From the NCBI GenBank assembly GCA_051649305.1, contig JBOFGV010000073.1, positions 59,183 to 123,182 of the forward strand: a DNA stretch of 64,000 bases. Direction: 5' to 3'. The position numbers and the translations under genes were made by a program. Source of the DNA: Beijerinckiaceae bacterium. GTDB lineage: Bacteria > Pseudomonadota > Alphaproteobacteria > Rhizobiales > Beijerinckiaceae. Under the pieces are notes generated by a model. The model saw nothing but the letters and a program-made list of their open reading frames with translations. It ran no database searches and was not told the DNA's origin. This document shows positions 9,415 to 18,553 of the stretch, in pieces. The number at the start of each line of letters is the position of its first letter. Within the stretch, counting starts at the first letter, position 1.

Positions 9415-9459
9415 GAAAAATTTGCCCTTTCGCCGCTTGGCGCGAGGGCTGTTCTTCTT
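9415..9459. terminator. bidirectional terminator-like hairpin between convergent phaR and cspA
   Basis: GCCCTTTCGCCGCTTGGCGCGAGGGC hairpin flanked by AAAAATTT on one side and TGTTCTTCTT on the other. Confidence 0.45.
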
Positions 9460-9477
9460 AGGCAAGAGACTGAAAAA

Positions 9478-9690
9478 TCAGTCAGCTGCCTTCAGGTTGT
9501 CAGCAACCGATTTGCCTGTACGGCGATCTGCCACGACATCAAAAGAGATCTTCTGGCCTTCGATAAGACCGTTAAGCCCGCAACGCTGTACTGCGCTGAT
9601 GTGGACAAAAACGTCCTGCCCACCACCATCTGGCTGGATGAAGCCAAAGCCTTTGGTTGTGTTGAACCACTTCACAGTACCCGTCTGCAT
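9478..9690 (-). CDS. cspA: cold-shock protein (CspA family)
   Basis: [34 protein letters not shown] contains RNP1/RNP2-type motifs. Start placed at the internal ATG to give the usual 70 aa. Confidence 0.9.
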   Translation of the reverse strand: MQTGTVKWFNTTKGFGFIQPDGGGQDVFVHISAVQRCGLNGLIEGQKISFDVVADRRTGKSVADNLKAAD

Positions 9691-9960
9691 AGATAAATCC
9701 TTTTGACCAGCAGATGCTCGCATTGTCCTGCCGCTTCAACGGCAGGTTGAGTGTTAGGAGCTGAAAGGACAGTTTCAGGCAGCCACACAATGTGTTGCCG
9801 GATATATTCTTGCAGCCGTAACAGAGCTTTCTTAGACACAAATCCATGAAAACACAAGATGAACCGTGGAATCAGGCAAAGCCGCAAGGGCCAGCGGAAT
9901 CCACTGGCCTGATGGGATGAGCCAAACCGTTTGGGACTTTCTTTAAAGAAAGAGGAGCTA

Positions 9961-12900
9961 TCAGCCCGGTTTCTTGCCTTCAAGCTGGGCTTTCAAGGCC
10001 GCAAGCTGTGCAAAGGGTGAATCAGGATCGGGCTGCTTCTCGCGCGGACGGTTGTCCGGGTTGAGCGCACGCTGGTCAAATCGCGGCTTGTTGAAGCCTC
10101 CTTTGTCTTGAAACGGACGCCCGCCACCCTGACGGTTGCCAAAGGAACGATCGCCGGAAGGCCTGTCTCCCGAGGGCTTGCCACCAAATTCCTGTCTTTG
10201 CGGTCTGTCTCCCTGTGGTCTTGGCGGCCTGCCGCCCTCCTGACCATCGGGACGCTTCTGCCAGGGCTTCTTGCCGCCATGACGCTGGGGACGTGGGCCA
10301 GCCTCGCCTTCAGCCGGAGGCACATTGCCTTCGCCGGAAGCAGCGACAGCAGTATTAGGTGTCTGGCGCTGGTGGCGCGCACCCTGCTGCGGGCGGCCAT
10401 GGTTGCGTCTGGGAGCCTGTTCACGATCAAACCGGGCCGGACGCCAGACATCAACCAGTTCTGGCTCGGCAGGAACGGGAGTTTCTGTGACAGTTGCTTC
10501 CACAACAGCTGGTTCGGTTGTTGCTACTGCAACCTGTTCCAACACCTGCTCGGTTGGCGCTTCGTCTTGTGGAGCTTCAACGGCAACTTCTTCAACTGCC
10601 ACAGGCGTTTCAGAAACAGATTCTGCAGATACTGCGTCCGCTTCAGGAGCATCCGCAACCGTCATCTCTTCGGTGACGCTTTCGGCAGCAGCCTCTGGCG
10701 CAACCGCAACTGCTGGTGCAGCAGCCGCAATCACGAGCGGAATGACCGCCACGTCTTTCAGCGGGGCCTTTTTCTCCACACGGTAGCCAAGGCTCTTCAG
10801 CACAGCGGCAAAATCATCCCCGGCACAGCCCACAAGCGAGGTCATAGGGCCAATGACCGTGAAACCATCGCCGTAATAGGCTCCGGCAGGAATTTCGCCA
10901 GGAGTTGTACCGGGGCGGAAGGCCACAGCGGGACGAATGAGGTCCGCCAATCGCTCCAGAATATCGACGCGGATGGCGCGTGGGCCACAGACGCGGAAGC
11001 CCGCTGCCCGGTAAAGCGCCACAGGAATCTCGGCATCAACAGGGATCGACGTGCGGCCAGATGACGAGAGATGCACAATGTCATCAAGGCCCTTGGTGTC
11101 CATGCTGCCATGCTTGAGCACCCAGAGCTGGGCCGCCAGCGCACGCGGTGCGGGCTTGAGCAGAAGGGGCGTTGTGATGCTGTAGGCACCAAAGCGCACA
11201 CCAAGCTTGCGCAGTGTGGAGCGCGATTCCTGATCCAGCGACTTCACATCGTTCTGCACCTGCGTGCGCTCCAGCACACCCAGATGCTCGGCGAGTTGAT
11301 AGGCAATGCCACGGCTGATGCCTTCCAGTCCCTCGCCGCTTTCCAGCACCAGCAGAGGGCCAAGCAGCTTTTTCAGGTGCGCTTTCAGCCACATTGCAAG
11401 GCGCGCTTCGACGCTTTCGCGGGCGGATCCTGCCAATTGATCATCTGCGAGCACCAGAAACCGCGGCTCCAGAACACGTTCACCGGCCTGCAAACGCGCC
11501 ACAGGTTCGCCAATCCAGCGCAGGGTGCCATCCAGCGACAGAACAAAGGTTTCATCCGCTGCTGCCGAGAGTCGTGCAGCGCGCGCCTCGATCTCTGTAA
11601 CAAGTGCCTTGCTGGCAGCCGCCAGAAGCGCCTTGGCTTCAGGGCCGGAGGCATTGGCATCCGGCGTGAAACGGAAGCCCTGCAGGCGACCCACAGGCTG
11701 ACCCTCGACGGTCACATCTCCAACGGCAGTTACTTCAGATTCCAGCATCGCATTCTCTCTCAGGCGGCGCATCAATACACTGGTTCGCCGATCTACAAAA
11801 CGCGCCGTCAATTTCTCGTGCAGCGCATCTGACAACTTGTCCTCTATCGCGCGCGTGACGCCCTGCCAATGGAGAGGTTGCCTCAACCAGTCGCGATTTG
11901 CACAAAATGTCCAGGTTCTGATCTGTGCAATGCGGGCTGAGAGCGTATCGATGTCGCCATCCACACGGTCACACATGTTGATCTGGCGCTGGAACCAGTC
12001 ATCCGGGATGTGCCCCTTGTCGCTCAGAAAGCTGAAAATCTGGCCTACCAGTTCAGCATGGGCATGGGGTGCCACTTTGCGATAATCCGGCAGGGCGCAC
12101 ATGTCCCAGAGCCGCATGATGCTGTCCCGACCACCAATGCGGGCGGTGATATCGGGATCAGCCGCCAGAATATCCAGCACCACCTCATCCTCGGCGCGCG
12201 GCACCCGCGAAACGCCGGGATCAACTGGTGTGACGGCCAGACTGCGGCGCAAGGCTTCGATGGAGCCAAATTCCAGATCAGGATTGCGCCAGTTGATGAC
12301 CCTGACAGGATCAAAGATGTGGTTTTCAAGATGATCTATCGTGTCAGGATCAAACGGCCTGCACCGCCCTGATGTGCCAAAGGTGCCGTCGCGCAAGTGA
12401 CGGCCCGCGCGTCCCGCGATCTGGCCGAGTTCCGCTGCTGTCAGGCGACGATGCGAGCGGCCATCAAACTTGCTGTCTCCGGCAAAGGCCACGTGGTGGA
12501 TATCGAGGTTCAGGCCCATGCCGATGGCATCAGTCGCGATGATGTGGTCCACATCGCCTGACTGGAACAACTCGACCTGCGCATTCCTTGTGCGCGGGCT
12601 GAGCGCGCCCATCACAACGGCTGCCCCGCCCCGCTGGCGGCGGATGAGTTCTGCGATGGTGTAAACTTCTTCTGCCGAAAACGCGACAATCGCCGAGCGC
12701 GGCGGCAGGCGCGTCAATTTCTTTTCGCCCGCGTAAGTCAAGTTGGAGAGGCGGGGCCGCGAGACGATGTTGGCATCCGGCAGCAGCATTTCCACAAGCG
12801 GACGCATGGTGGCCGAGCCGATGACCAATGTTTCCTCGCGCCCCCGGCGGTTGAGCAGGTGGTCGGTAAAGACATGGCCGCGATCAAAATCCTGCGCCAA

Positions 12901-13215
12901 TTGAATTTCATCAATGGCAACAAAGGCCACATCGAGATCACGCGGCATGGCCTCCACGGTTGCCACCCAGTAGCGCGGCTTGGCAGGCTTGATCTTCTCT
13001 TCGCCGGTGATCAGCGCCACCTGATCAGCACCCACGCGCTCGACCACACGCCCGTAGACCTCGCGTGCCAGAAGCCGCAGCGGCAGACCAATGAGCCCCG
13101 AGGAATGCCCCAGCATCCGCTCGATGGCAAGATGTGTTTTGCCGGTGTTTGTTGGCCCCAGAACGGCGGTTAAGCCGCGTGAACGCACATGTGGAGAGAG
13201 AGAATACGAGGCCAT
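9961..13215 (-). CDS. SUV3-like superfamily-2 helicase with long low-complexity C-terminal tail
   Basis: GPTNTGKTH Walker A, FVAIDEIQ Walker B and GRAGR motif. Start taken at MASYS (13215). The C-terminal ~270 aa are acidic, then Arg/Gly/Pro-rich. Confidence 0.8.
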   Translation of the reverse strand: MASYSLSPHVRSRGLTAVLGPTNTGKTHLAIERMLGHSSGLIGLPLRLLAREVYGRVVERVGADQVALITGEEKIKPAKPRYWVATVEAMPRDLDVAFVAIDEIQLAQDFDRGHVFTDHLLNRRGREETLVIGSATMRPLVEMLLPDANIVSRPRLSNLTYAGEKKLTRLPPRSAIVAFSAEEVYTIAELIRRQRGGAAVVMGALSPRTRNAQVELFQSGDVDHIIATDAIGMGLNLDIHHVAFAGDSKFDGRSHRRLTAAELGQIAGRAGRHLRDGTFGTSGRCRPFDPDTIDHLENHIFDPVRVINWRNPDLEFGSIEALRRSLAVTPVDPGVSRVPRAEDEVVLDILAADPDITARIGGRDSIMRLWDMCALPDYRKVAPHAHAELVGQIFSFLSDKGHIPDDWFQRQINMCDRVDGDIDTLSARIAQIRTWTFCANRDWLRQPLHWQGVTRAIEDKLSDALHEKLTARFVDRRTSVLMRRLRENAMLESEVTAVGDVTVEGQPVGRLQGFRFTPDANASGPEAKALLAAASKALVTEIEARAARLSAAADETFVLSLDGTLRWIGEPVARLQAGERVLEPRFLVLADDQLAGSARESVEARLAMWLKAHLKKLLGPLLVLESGEGLEGISRGIAYQLAEHLGVLERTQVQNDVKSLDQESRSTLRKLGVRFGAYSITTPLLLKPAPRALAAQLWVLKHGSMDTKGLDDIVHLSSSGRTSIPVDAEIPVALYRAAGFRVCGPRAIRVDILERLADLIRPAVAFRPGTTPGEIPAGAYYGDGFTVIGPMTSLVGCAGDDFAAVLKSLGYRVEKKAPLKDVAVIPLVIAAAAPAVAVAPEAAAESVTEEMTVADAPEADAVSAESVSETPVAVEEVAVEAPQDEAPTEQVLEQVAVATTEPAVVEATVTETPVPAEPELVDVWRPARFDREQAPRRNHGRPQQGARHQRQTPNTAVAASGEGNVPPAEGEAGPRPQRHGGKKPWQKRPDGQEGGRPPRPQGDRPQRQEFGGKPSGDRPSGDRSFGNRQGGGRPFQDKGGFNKPRFDQRALNPDNRPREKQPDPDSPFAQLAALKAQLEGKKPG

Positions 13216-13746
13216 ATTAACTTTCTGGTCCGGAAATACACCGAGAGTTGTGCCTGTCCGGGACAGTTTCCTTAGCACCAGCCAAAGGCCGGTTCACGCC
13301 TTTTTGTTACATGGATTGCGCTGGTCCCGCTCTGATGCAGAAATATGACGGTTTCACCTTCCGGTGTTAACACTTCTCCCAAACACAGAACAGAGTGGCG
13401 ACGAATCAGCACAACCCGCGCGTGCGCCGTGGTTGATGGATGTTTTTCCCGTATTGTTGAAAGAGTTGGTTTGAAACGGATTCATTCTGCAGGTCGCAGC
13501 CGACACTTCATTGACTTGTGTCATGCCTTCGGTAAGCCGGCAAATATTAAACCGTGATGAGTGCAATCAGCAAAAGATTGCCCTATGATCTTAACCACAG
13601 GAACCTGGATGAAACAAAGCATGCCCGAATCGGCATCAGCGTGATTCGCACCCATTTTGGGCATCAATAGGCTTGATCAACGCTTTGTGTGTGACGTCCG
13701 CCCAAAACTGTCATAAAGCAAAAGAAGCCACCCTGAAGGAGTTTTC

Positions 13747-15345
13747 ATGCGCCGGATTTTCACCAGACGGAACGTCGCCCACCTCGCAGCAGTTGCCTTG
13801 GCCTTTGCTGGCACAGCAGGCGTTGCGCAGGCACAGACCTCAGCCCAGAAAACCCTGCGCATCGTGCCTTTTGCCGATCTGCAGGTGATTGACCCGATCA
13901 ACACAACTGCAGGTAATGTCCAGAGCCATGCCATGCATGTCTATGACTTCCTGTTTGGCCGCGATGAAAAGCAGGTTCCCCAACCGCAAATGGTGCAGAG
14001 CTATTCTGTCAGCGCAGATGGTCTTGTCTGGACCTTCACCCTGCGCGATGGTCTGAAATTCCACGATGGTGCTGCTGTCACCACCGAGGACGTTATCCAG
14101 TCATTGAAGCGCTGGGGCGCGCGTGATCCCTATGGTCGCCAGCTCGTTGCACTGACCAAGGACATGACGGCGACCGATGCCAAGAGCTTTACCTGGACAT
14201 TGACCAAGCCTTTCTCGCTGATGCTGGAAGCGCTGTCGAAATCCACCAGCAACGTGCCTGCCATCATGCCAAAGCGCATTGCTGAAACCGATCCGATGAA
14301 GAACATCACCGAGACCATCGGGTCCGGCCCGTTCATCTTTGTGCGGGAAGAATGGGTTCCCGGTGCGAAGGTGGTTTACCGCAAGAACCCGGACTACATC
14401 CCGCGCTCGGAGCCTTCTTCAGGTTCTGCCGGTGCCAAGATCGCCAAGGTGGACCGCATTGAGTGGCGGATCATTTCTGATCCCCAGTCAGCAGTCTTTG
14501 CGCTGATCAACGGCGAGGTGGATTTCCTCGAAAACCCGCCAACAGACCTGATCCCGGAACTGAAAGCACGTGGCGCGAAGTTCACCACCACCAACGCGCT
14601 CGGTTTTCAGGGTATGCTGCGCATGAACCACCTGCATGCGCCCTTCAACGATGCCCGCGCCCGCCGCGCCCTGCTCTATCTGATGGATCAGGAGCAGTAT
14701 CTGCGCGCAATGTTCGGTGATCCCGAGAACTGGCGCGTCTGCCGGGCCTATTTCAACTGCGGCGGGCCTTTTGCCACCGATGCCGGTGCTGAGGCTGATT
14801 TCGGCAAGAACAGGGACAAGGCAAAAGCCTTGCTGGCTGAGGCAGGATACAAGGGTGAACCGGTTGTTCTGTTGCACCCAACCGATATCTCCTTCCTGTC
14901 CGCAGCAACGCAGTTGCTGGCACAAGATCTGAAGTCGATTGGCGTCAATGTGCAGATGATTTCGATGGATTTCGCCACCATGGCGCAGCGTCGTGCCAAC
15001 AAGTCTGCGCCTGATCAGGGCGGCTGGCATCTCGGTATGACATGGTGGAACGGTGCTGGTTCCATGGATCCTGTTGGCAACGTGCCAATGCAGGCCTCCT
15101 GCGAGCGGGCATGGCCGGGCTGGCCGTGCGATGCAGCGCATCAGGCGCTGATCACGGATTTTGCCGCTGCCAAGAACAGTGATGAACGCATGAAAGGCGC
15201 GATCGCCGTGCAGGAAAGCGCCTACAAGTTCGTGCCTTATGTGCCGTTTGGCCAGTGGTTCCAGCCTGTGGCACATTCGCCCAAGCTCAAGGGCCTGCCG
15301 ATTGTTCCCGGTGTCATGGCCTTCTGGAACGTCGAGAAAGAATAA
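13747..15345 (+). CDS. ABC transporter substrate-binding protein, peptide/nickel (family 5) type
   Basis: 532 aa with an N-terminal signal peptide ending AQAQ; overall similarity to DppA/OppA-like SBPs. No cognate permease genes are adjacent. Confidence 0.8.
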   Translation: MRRIFTRRNVAHLAAVALAFAGTAGVAQAQTSAQKTLRIVPFADLQVIDPINTTAGNVQSHAMHVYDFLFGRDEKQVPQPQMVQSYSVSADGLVWTFTLRDGLKFHDGAAVTTEDVIQSLKRWGARDPYGRQLVALTKDMTATDAKSFTWTLTKPFSLMLEALSKSTSNVPAIMPKRIAETDPMKNITETIGSGPFIFVREEWVPGAKVVYRKNPDYIPRSEPSSGSAGAKIAKVDRIEWRIISDPQSAVFALINGEVDFLENPPTDLIPELKARGAKFTTTNALGFQGMLRMNHLHAPFNDARARRALLYLMDQEQYLRAMFGDPENWRVCRAYFNCGGPFATDAGAEADFGKNRDKAKALLAEAGYKGEPVVLLHPTDISFLSAATQLLAQDLKSIGVNVQMISMDFATMAQRRANKSAPDQGGWHLGMTWWNGAGSMDPVGNVPMQASCERAWPGWPCDAAHQALITDFAAAKNSDERMKGAIAVQESAYKFVPYVPFGQWFQPVAHSPKLKGLPIVPGVMAFWNVEKE

Positions 15346-15357
15346 AAGATACCGTGC

Positions 15358-15391
15358 AAACGATGCGGGGTCAGAAGATTGCGCATCGTTT
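15358..15391 (+). terminator. terminator-like hairpin after SBP gene
   Basis: AAACGATGCG-13 nt-CGCATCGTTT (10-bp perfect stem), 13 nt after the stop. Weak T-tail. Confidence 0.45.
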
Positions 15392-15536
15392 AACCGAACA
15401 GCAACCTTAACCAGCTATGTCTATCCACAGTTAATCCATTGGCATGTCGCCTGTGGCCGTTCATGTTGCGTACGAGTGCGTTGTTATGCGTTTGCGTCAT
15501 CGTTCTTCCAAGGTGTCTTTCAAGACCGGGCCTTTC

Positions 15537-16586
15537 ATGGTGCGCCCGTTGAAGCCCTGGATCCTCGCGGCAGGCGTCCTGGTTTCTGCCACAGCGACAG
15601 CCAACTATCGCTCTACCGTTGACCCCAACACACCGGGCCTGCGGTTTATGGAAGATCCTGCCAACGTCAGCCTCGCATGGCCAACATTGACAGCACCTGA
15701 TCTCGCGATGGCAGTAGAGGATTTTATCGCACCACGCCCGCAGTTGCCTGTTGAAGACATGGCAGAAAATGACGAGGAGCCGCAGCTGCAGCCGGGATTG
15801 TGGCGCAACGCCCAGCAGACTGATGGTTCGGAACCATTGTTTGAAGCCACACCGGAAATCTCGGTGCTGTTCCGCCTTGGCAGCGATCTCCTGCCACGCT
15901 CGCGCACCTTTGAATCGGATGATGGTGGCGTGATCGTTGGCGCATTCAGCGGACTTGTGGATGCGCCCAAGGGGCTGGCTCTTGCCGCCCTGCCTCCGGA
16001 AGCGGAAAAGGCCAAGCCGGCTTTGCCAGCAGCCGCCAAACCAAAGACGGCGGTGGTTGTGCCTCTTCCTGCAAAAGCGCCTGAAGCGCAGTTTACGGTT
16101 CTCCAGCCGCCTGTCGTCAAGGTTTCGCTGGCACCCATGCGCCCTGTGCCGCCCCGTTCTCCGCTGGTTGGAACAGTGACCTCTGAAAAAGAAATGAAGT
16201 GTCTGGCGGAAGCCATCTATTTCGAGGCGCGCTCGGAACCTGAACGCGGTCAGGCCGGTGTCGCGCAGGTTGTGCTCAACCGCGCCCGCTCCGGCGTTTA
16301 CCCCTCAACCGTCTGTGGTGTGGTGTATCAGAACCGCCATCGCTATCTCGCCTGCCAGTTCACCTTTGCCTGCGAAGGCAAGTCGCTGCGCATCACAGAG
16401 CCCGGCGCATGGAGCACCGCGACCCGCATCGCGCGTGATGTAGCGGAAGGGCGCACTTACCTTGCAGGTGTCGGCAATGCGACGCACTACCATGCCAACT
16501 ATGTGCGGCCATGGTGGGCGCGTCACATGGACCGGCGTGAAAAGGTAGGCAAGCACATCTTCTATTACGAAACAGCCGAAAACTGA
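15537..16586 (+). CDS. cell wall hydrolase, SleB (Hydrolase_2) domain, with Pro/Ala-rich linker
   Basis: C-terminal CLAEAIYFEARSEPERGQAGVAQVVLNR...NATHYHANYVRPWW is the SleB-domain signature. Start placed at MVRPLKPWILAAG (signal peptide). Confidence 0.8.
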   Translation: MVRPLKPWILAAGVLVSATATANYRSTVDPNTPGLRFMEDPANVSLAWPTLTAPDLAMAVEDFIAPRPQLPVEDMAENDEEPQLQPGLWRNAQQTDGSEPLFEATPEISVLFRLGSDLLPRSRTFESDDGGVIVGAFSGLVDAPKGLALAALPPEAEKAKPALPAAAKPKTAVVVPLPAKAPEAQFTVLQPPVVKVSLAPMRPVPPRSPLVGTVTSEKEMKCLAEAIYFEARSEPERGQAGVAQVVLNRARSGVYPSTVCGVVYQNRHRYLACQFTFACEGKSLRITEPGAWSTATRIARDVAEGRTYLAGVGNATHYHANYVRPWWARHMDRREKVGKHIFYYETAEN

Positions 16587-16635
16587 GACCGGAACAGCGT
16601 GACGTCCCATCCGGTTTCCTCTAGGAAGCCTCGGT

Positions 16636-17379
16636 ATGTGTGGACGCTACGCCCTGACCAATCCTCCTGATGCCGTGCGGGCGCTCTTTAACTATTCTGA
16701 CCAGCCCAATTTCCCACCGCGCTACAACATTGCCCCCACACAGCCAGTGCCTGTGGTGCATGATCTTGACGGGCAAAGACGCTTCACCCTGATGCGCTGG
16801 GGTTTTGTTCCCTCATGGGTGAAGGATCTGAAAGACTTCCCGCTCGTCATCAACATCCGCTCGGAAACAGCACGGGAAAAAGCCTCGTTCCGCGCGGCCT
16901 TCATGCGCCGGCGGGCGCTTATGCCTGCCGATGGTTTTTACGAATGGCAGCGCCTTGATAAAACCAGCCGGCCCTTTCTGCTCAGGCGGCCAGACCGGGG
17001 CGTCTTTGCCTTTGCCGCTCTTTATGAAACCTGGTGCACGGCTGATGGCAGCGAGCTTGATACGGTTGCCTTGCTCAACACCCATGCCAACGGCGTTATA
17101 TCAGCCATCCATGAGCGCTCCCCTGTCATCCTGCCGGAGAAGCATTTCGATCAGTGGCTGGACCCCATGACCGAGCCAGAGCGCGCCCATGCCCTGCTCA
17201 GACCACCGGCAGATGATTTGCTGGAAATGATCGCCATTGGAACGGGCATCAACCGCGTGATCAATGATGGCCCTGAGGTGCAGGAACAACTGGCGGCTGG
17301 CGGCGCGAAAGAAGACGTGATGGTCAAGCCTGTGAAAATACGAGCCAAACGAGACGAGGCACAAGGTAGGCTTTTCTGA
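16636..17379 (+). CDS. SOS response-associated peptidase (SRAP/YedK family)
   Basis: Begins MCGRY (catalytic Cys2). PRYNIAPTQ and RWGFVPSW motifs are typical of SRAP. Confidence 0.9.
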   Translation: MCGRYALTNPPDAVRALFNYSDQPNFPPRYNIAPTQPVPVVHDLDGQRRFTLMRWGFVPSWVKDLKDFPLVINIRSETAREKASFRAAFMRRRALMPADGFYEWQRLDKTSRPFLLRRPDRGVFAFAALYETWCTADGSELDTVALLNTHANGVISAIHERSPVILPEKHFDQWLDPMTEPERAHALLRPPADDLLEMIAIGTGINRVINDGPEVQEQLAAGGAKEDVMVKPVKIRAKRDEAQGRLF

Positions 17380-17383
17380 TCTC

Positions 17384-18553
17384 CTAGACCCAGCTTGAAG
17401 GTAATCCTGATCGTCCCTCTGCCAGACCGCGCCAGAACGCCTCATACTTGTTGACGCATTGCTCCAGCGAGAACTGCGCAAGGGCCTTTTGCCTTGAGGC
17501 TTCTCCCAATTGTGCACGCAGGGCTGGACCATGCGCCAGTTTGAGAATGGCTTCCGCAAGCTCTAATGGATTCTTTGGAGCGACTAGAAAGCCGGTTTCA
17601 CCATCATCAACTGCATCAATATTGCCGCCTACACGGGTAGCAATCATGGGAAGGCCAGCCGCCATGCCCTCGATCAGGCTGTTGGAAAATCCTTCTGTGT
17701 GGCTGATCAGAAGGCCAACGTCAGCAGCAGCGTAGGGCTGGCGGGAACCTTTCCACTCGCCGGTGAAAACAACATTGCCCGCTATGTTCAAACGGTTGAT
17801 TTCAGACTGAAGCTTCTCCCGAATTCCCTCGTCTCGGCCCGCAAGCAGCATATGCCAGGGTTGGGGAAGTTGCGGTGCAATCATGCCAAGGGTTGCAACA
17901 AGATCGCTGTGGCCCTTGTAGGCGTGAAGATTGGCCACAAGAGTCATTACAAAGGCATCTGGCGACAAGCCAAAGATTTGCCGCGCAGCCAAACGTTCGG
18001 CTTGAGACACAGAACCAGCAATGGGAATGCCGTTATGGATAACGCAAACCTTGTCTGCTGTACCCGCCTCAGTAACCAGCTCACTGGCCACAGCACTGGA
18101 ATTGCCGACAAGGGCTGTACTCATGCGGTGCGCCTTTCGCTCGAAGAGACGCGCTATCGGATGGTAATCCGAATAAAATGCCAGACTGCGCCGGCCATGA
18201 ACAAGGTGCGATGCCTTGCCGATAGGTGAAAGATGCGCCAGCGCAGCTGCCAGATAAGGCTCGCTCAGGTAAGCATGGACAATGCGTGCGCCAGTTCTGT
18301 TCACGGCACGATGTACAAGCGCCGACTGGATGAGCGTTCTGATTGGCCGTGGAGATCTGAAAGGGGGCACCACAACCGTTACTCCGGCCTCTCTCAGGGG
18401 TGATTCCAGAGCGCCGCCCTGCTCCAGCAGAACAGCCGTGATATCAAAGCCGCGTTGCACCAGAAGTGGCAGAATATACAGCAGATGCTGTTCAGTTCCG
18501 CCGGTCCGCATGGGCGGAGCCGCAACGACAACAGGAATCCGGTCAGCCGCCAT
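17384..18553 (-). CDS. glycosyltransferase family 4 (GT-B fold)
   Basis: C-terminal SHTEGFSNSLIEGMAAGLPMIATRVGG (EX7E-type region). Start taken at MAADRIPVVV, overlapping the asnB-like stop by 11 nt. Confidence 0.8.
   Translation of the reverse strand: MAADRIPVVVAAPPMRTGGTEQHLLYILPLLVQRGFDITAVLLEQGGALESPLREAGVTVVVPPFRSPRPIRTLIQSALVHRAVNRTGARIVHAYLSEPYLAAALAHLSPIGKASHLVHGRRSLAFYSDYHPIARLFERKAHRMSTALVGNSSAVASELVTEAGTADKVCVIHNGIPIAGSVSQAERLAARQIFGLSPDAFVMTLVANLHAYKGHSDLVATLGMIAPQLPQPWHMLLAGRDEGIREKLQSEINRLNIAGNVVFTGEWKGSRQPYAAADVGLLISHTEGFSNSLIEGMAAGLPMIATRVGGNIDAVDDGETGFLVAPKNPLELAEAILKLAHGPALRAQLGEASRQKALAQFSLEQCVNKYEAFWRGLAEGRSGLPSSWV

Noticed and set aside
13345-13566. Two mutually antisense 70-aa ORFs in the helicase/SBP spacer
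   Set aside because: There is no SD, the composition is odd (Ser/Arg/Cys-rich), and each is equally 'open' on the opposite strand. Treated as non-coding.
16590-16635. Possible LexA (GAAC-N7-GAAC type) box upstream of the SRAP gene
   Set aside because: Only a single GAAC (GGAACAGCGTGACG) is present, without the second half-site at the right spacing.
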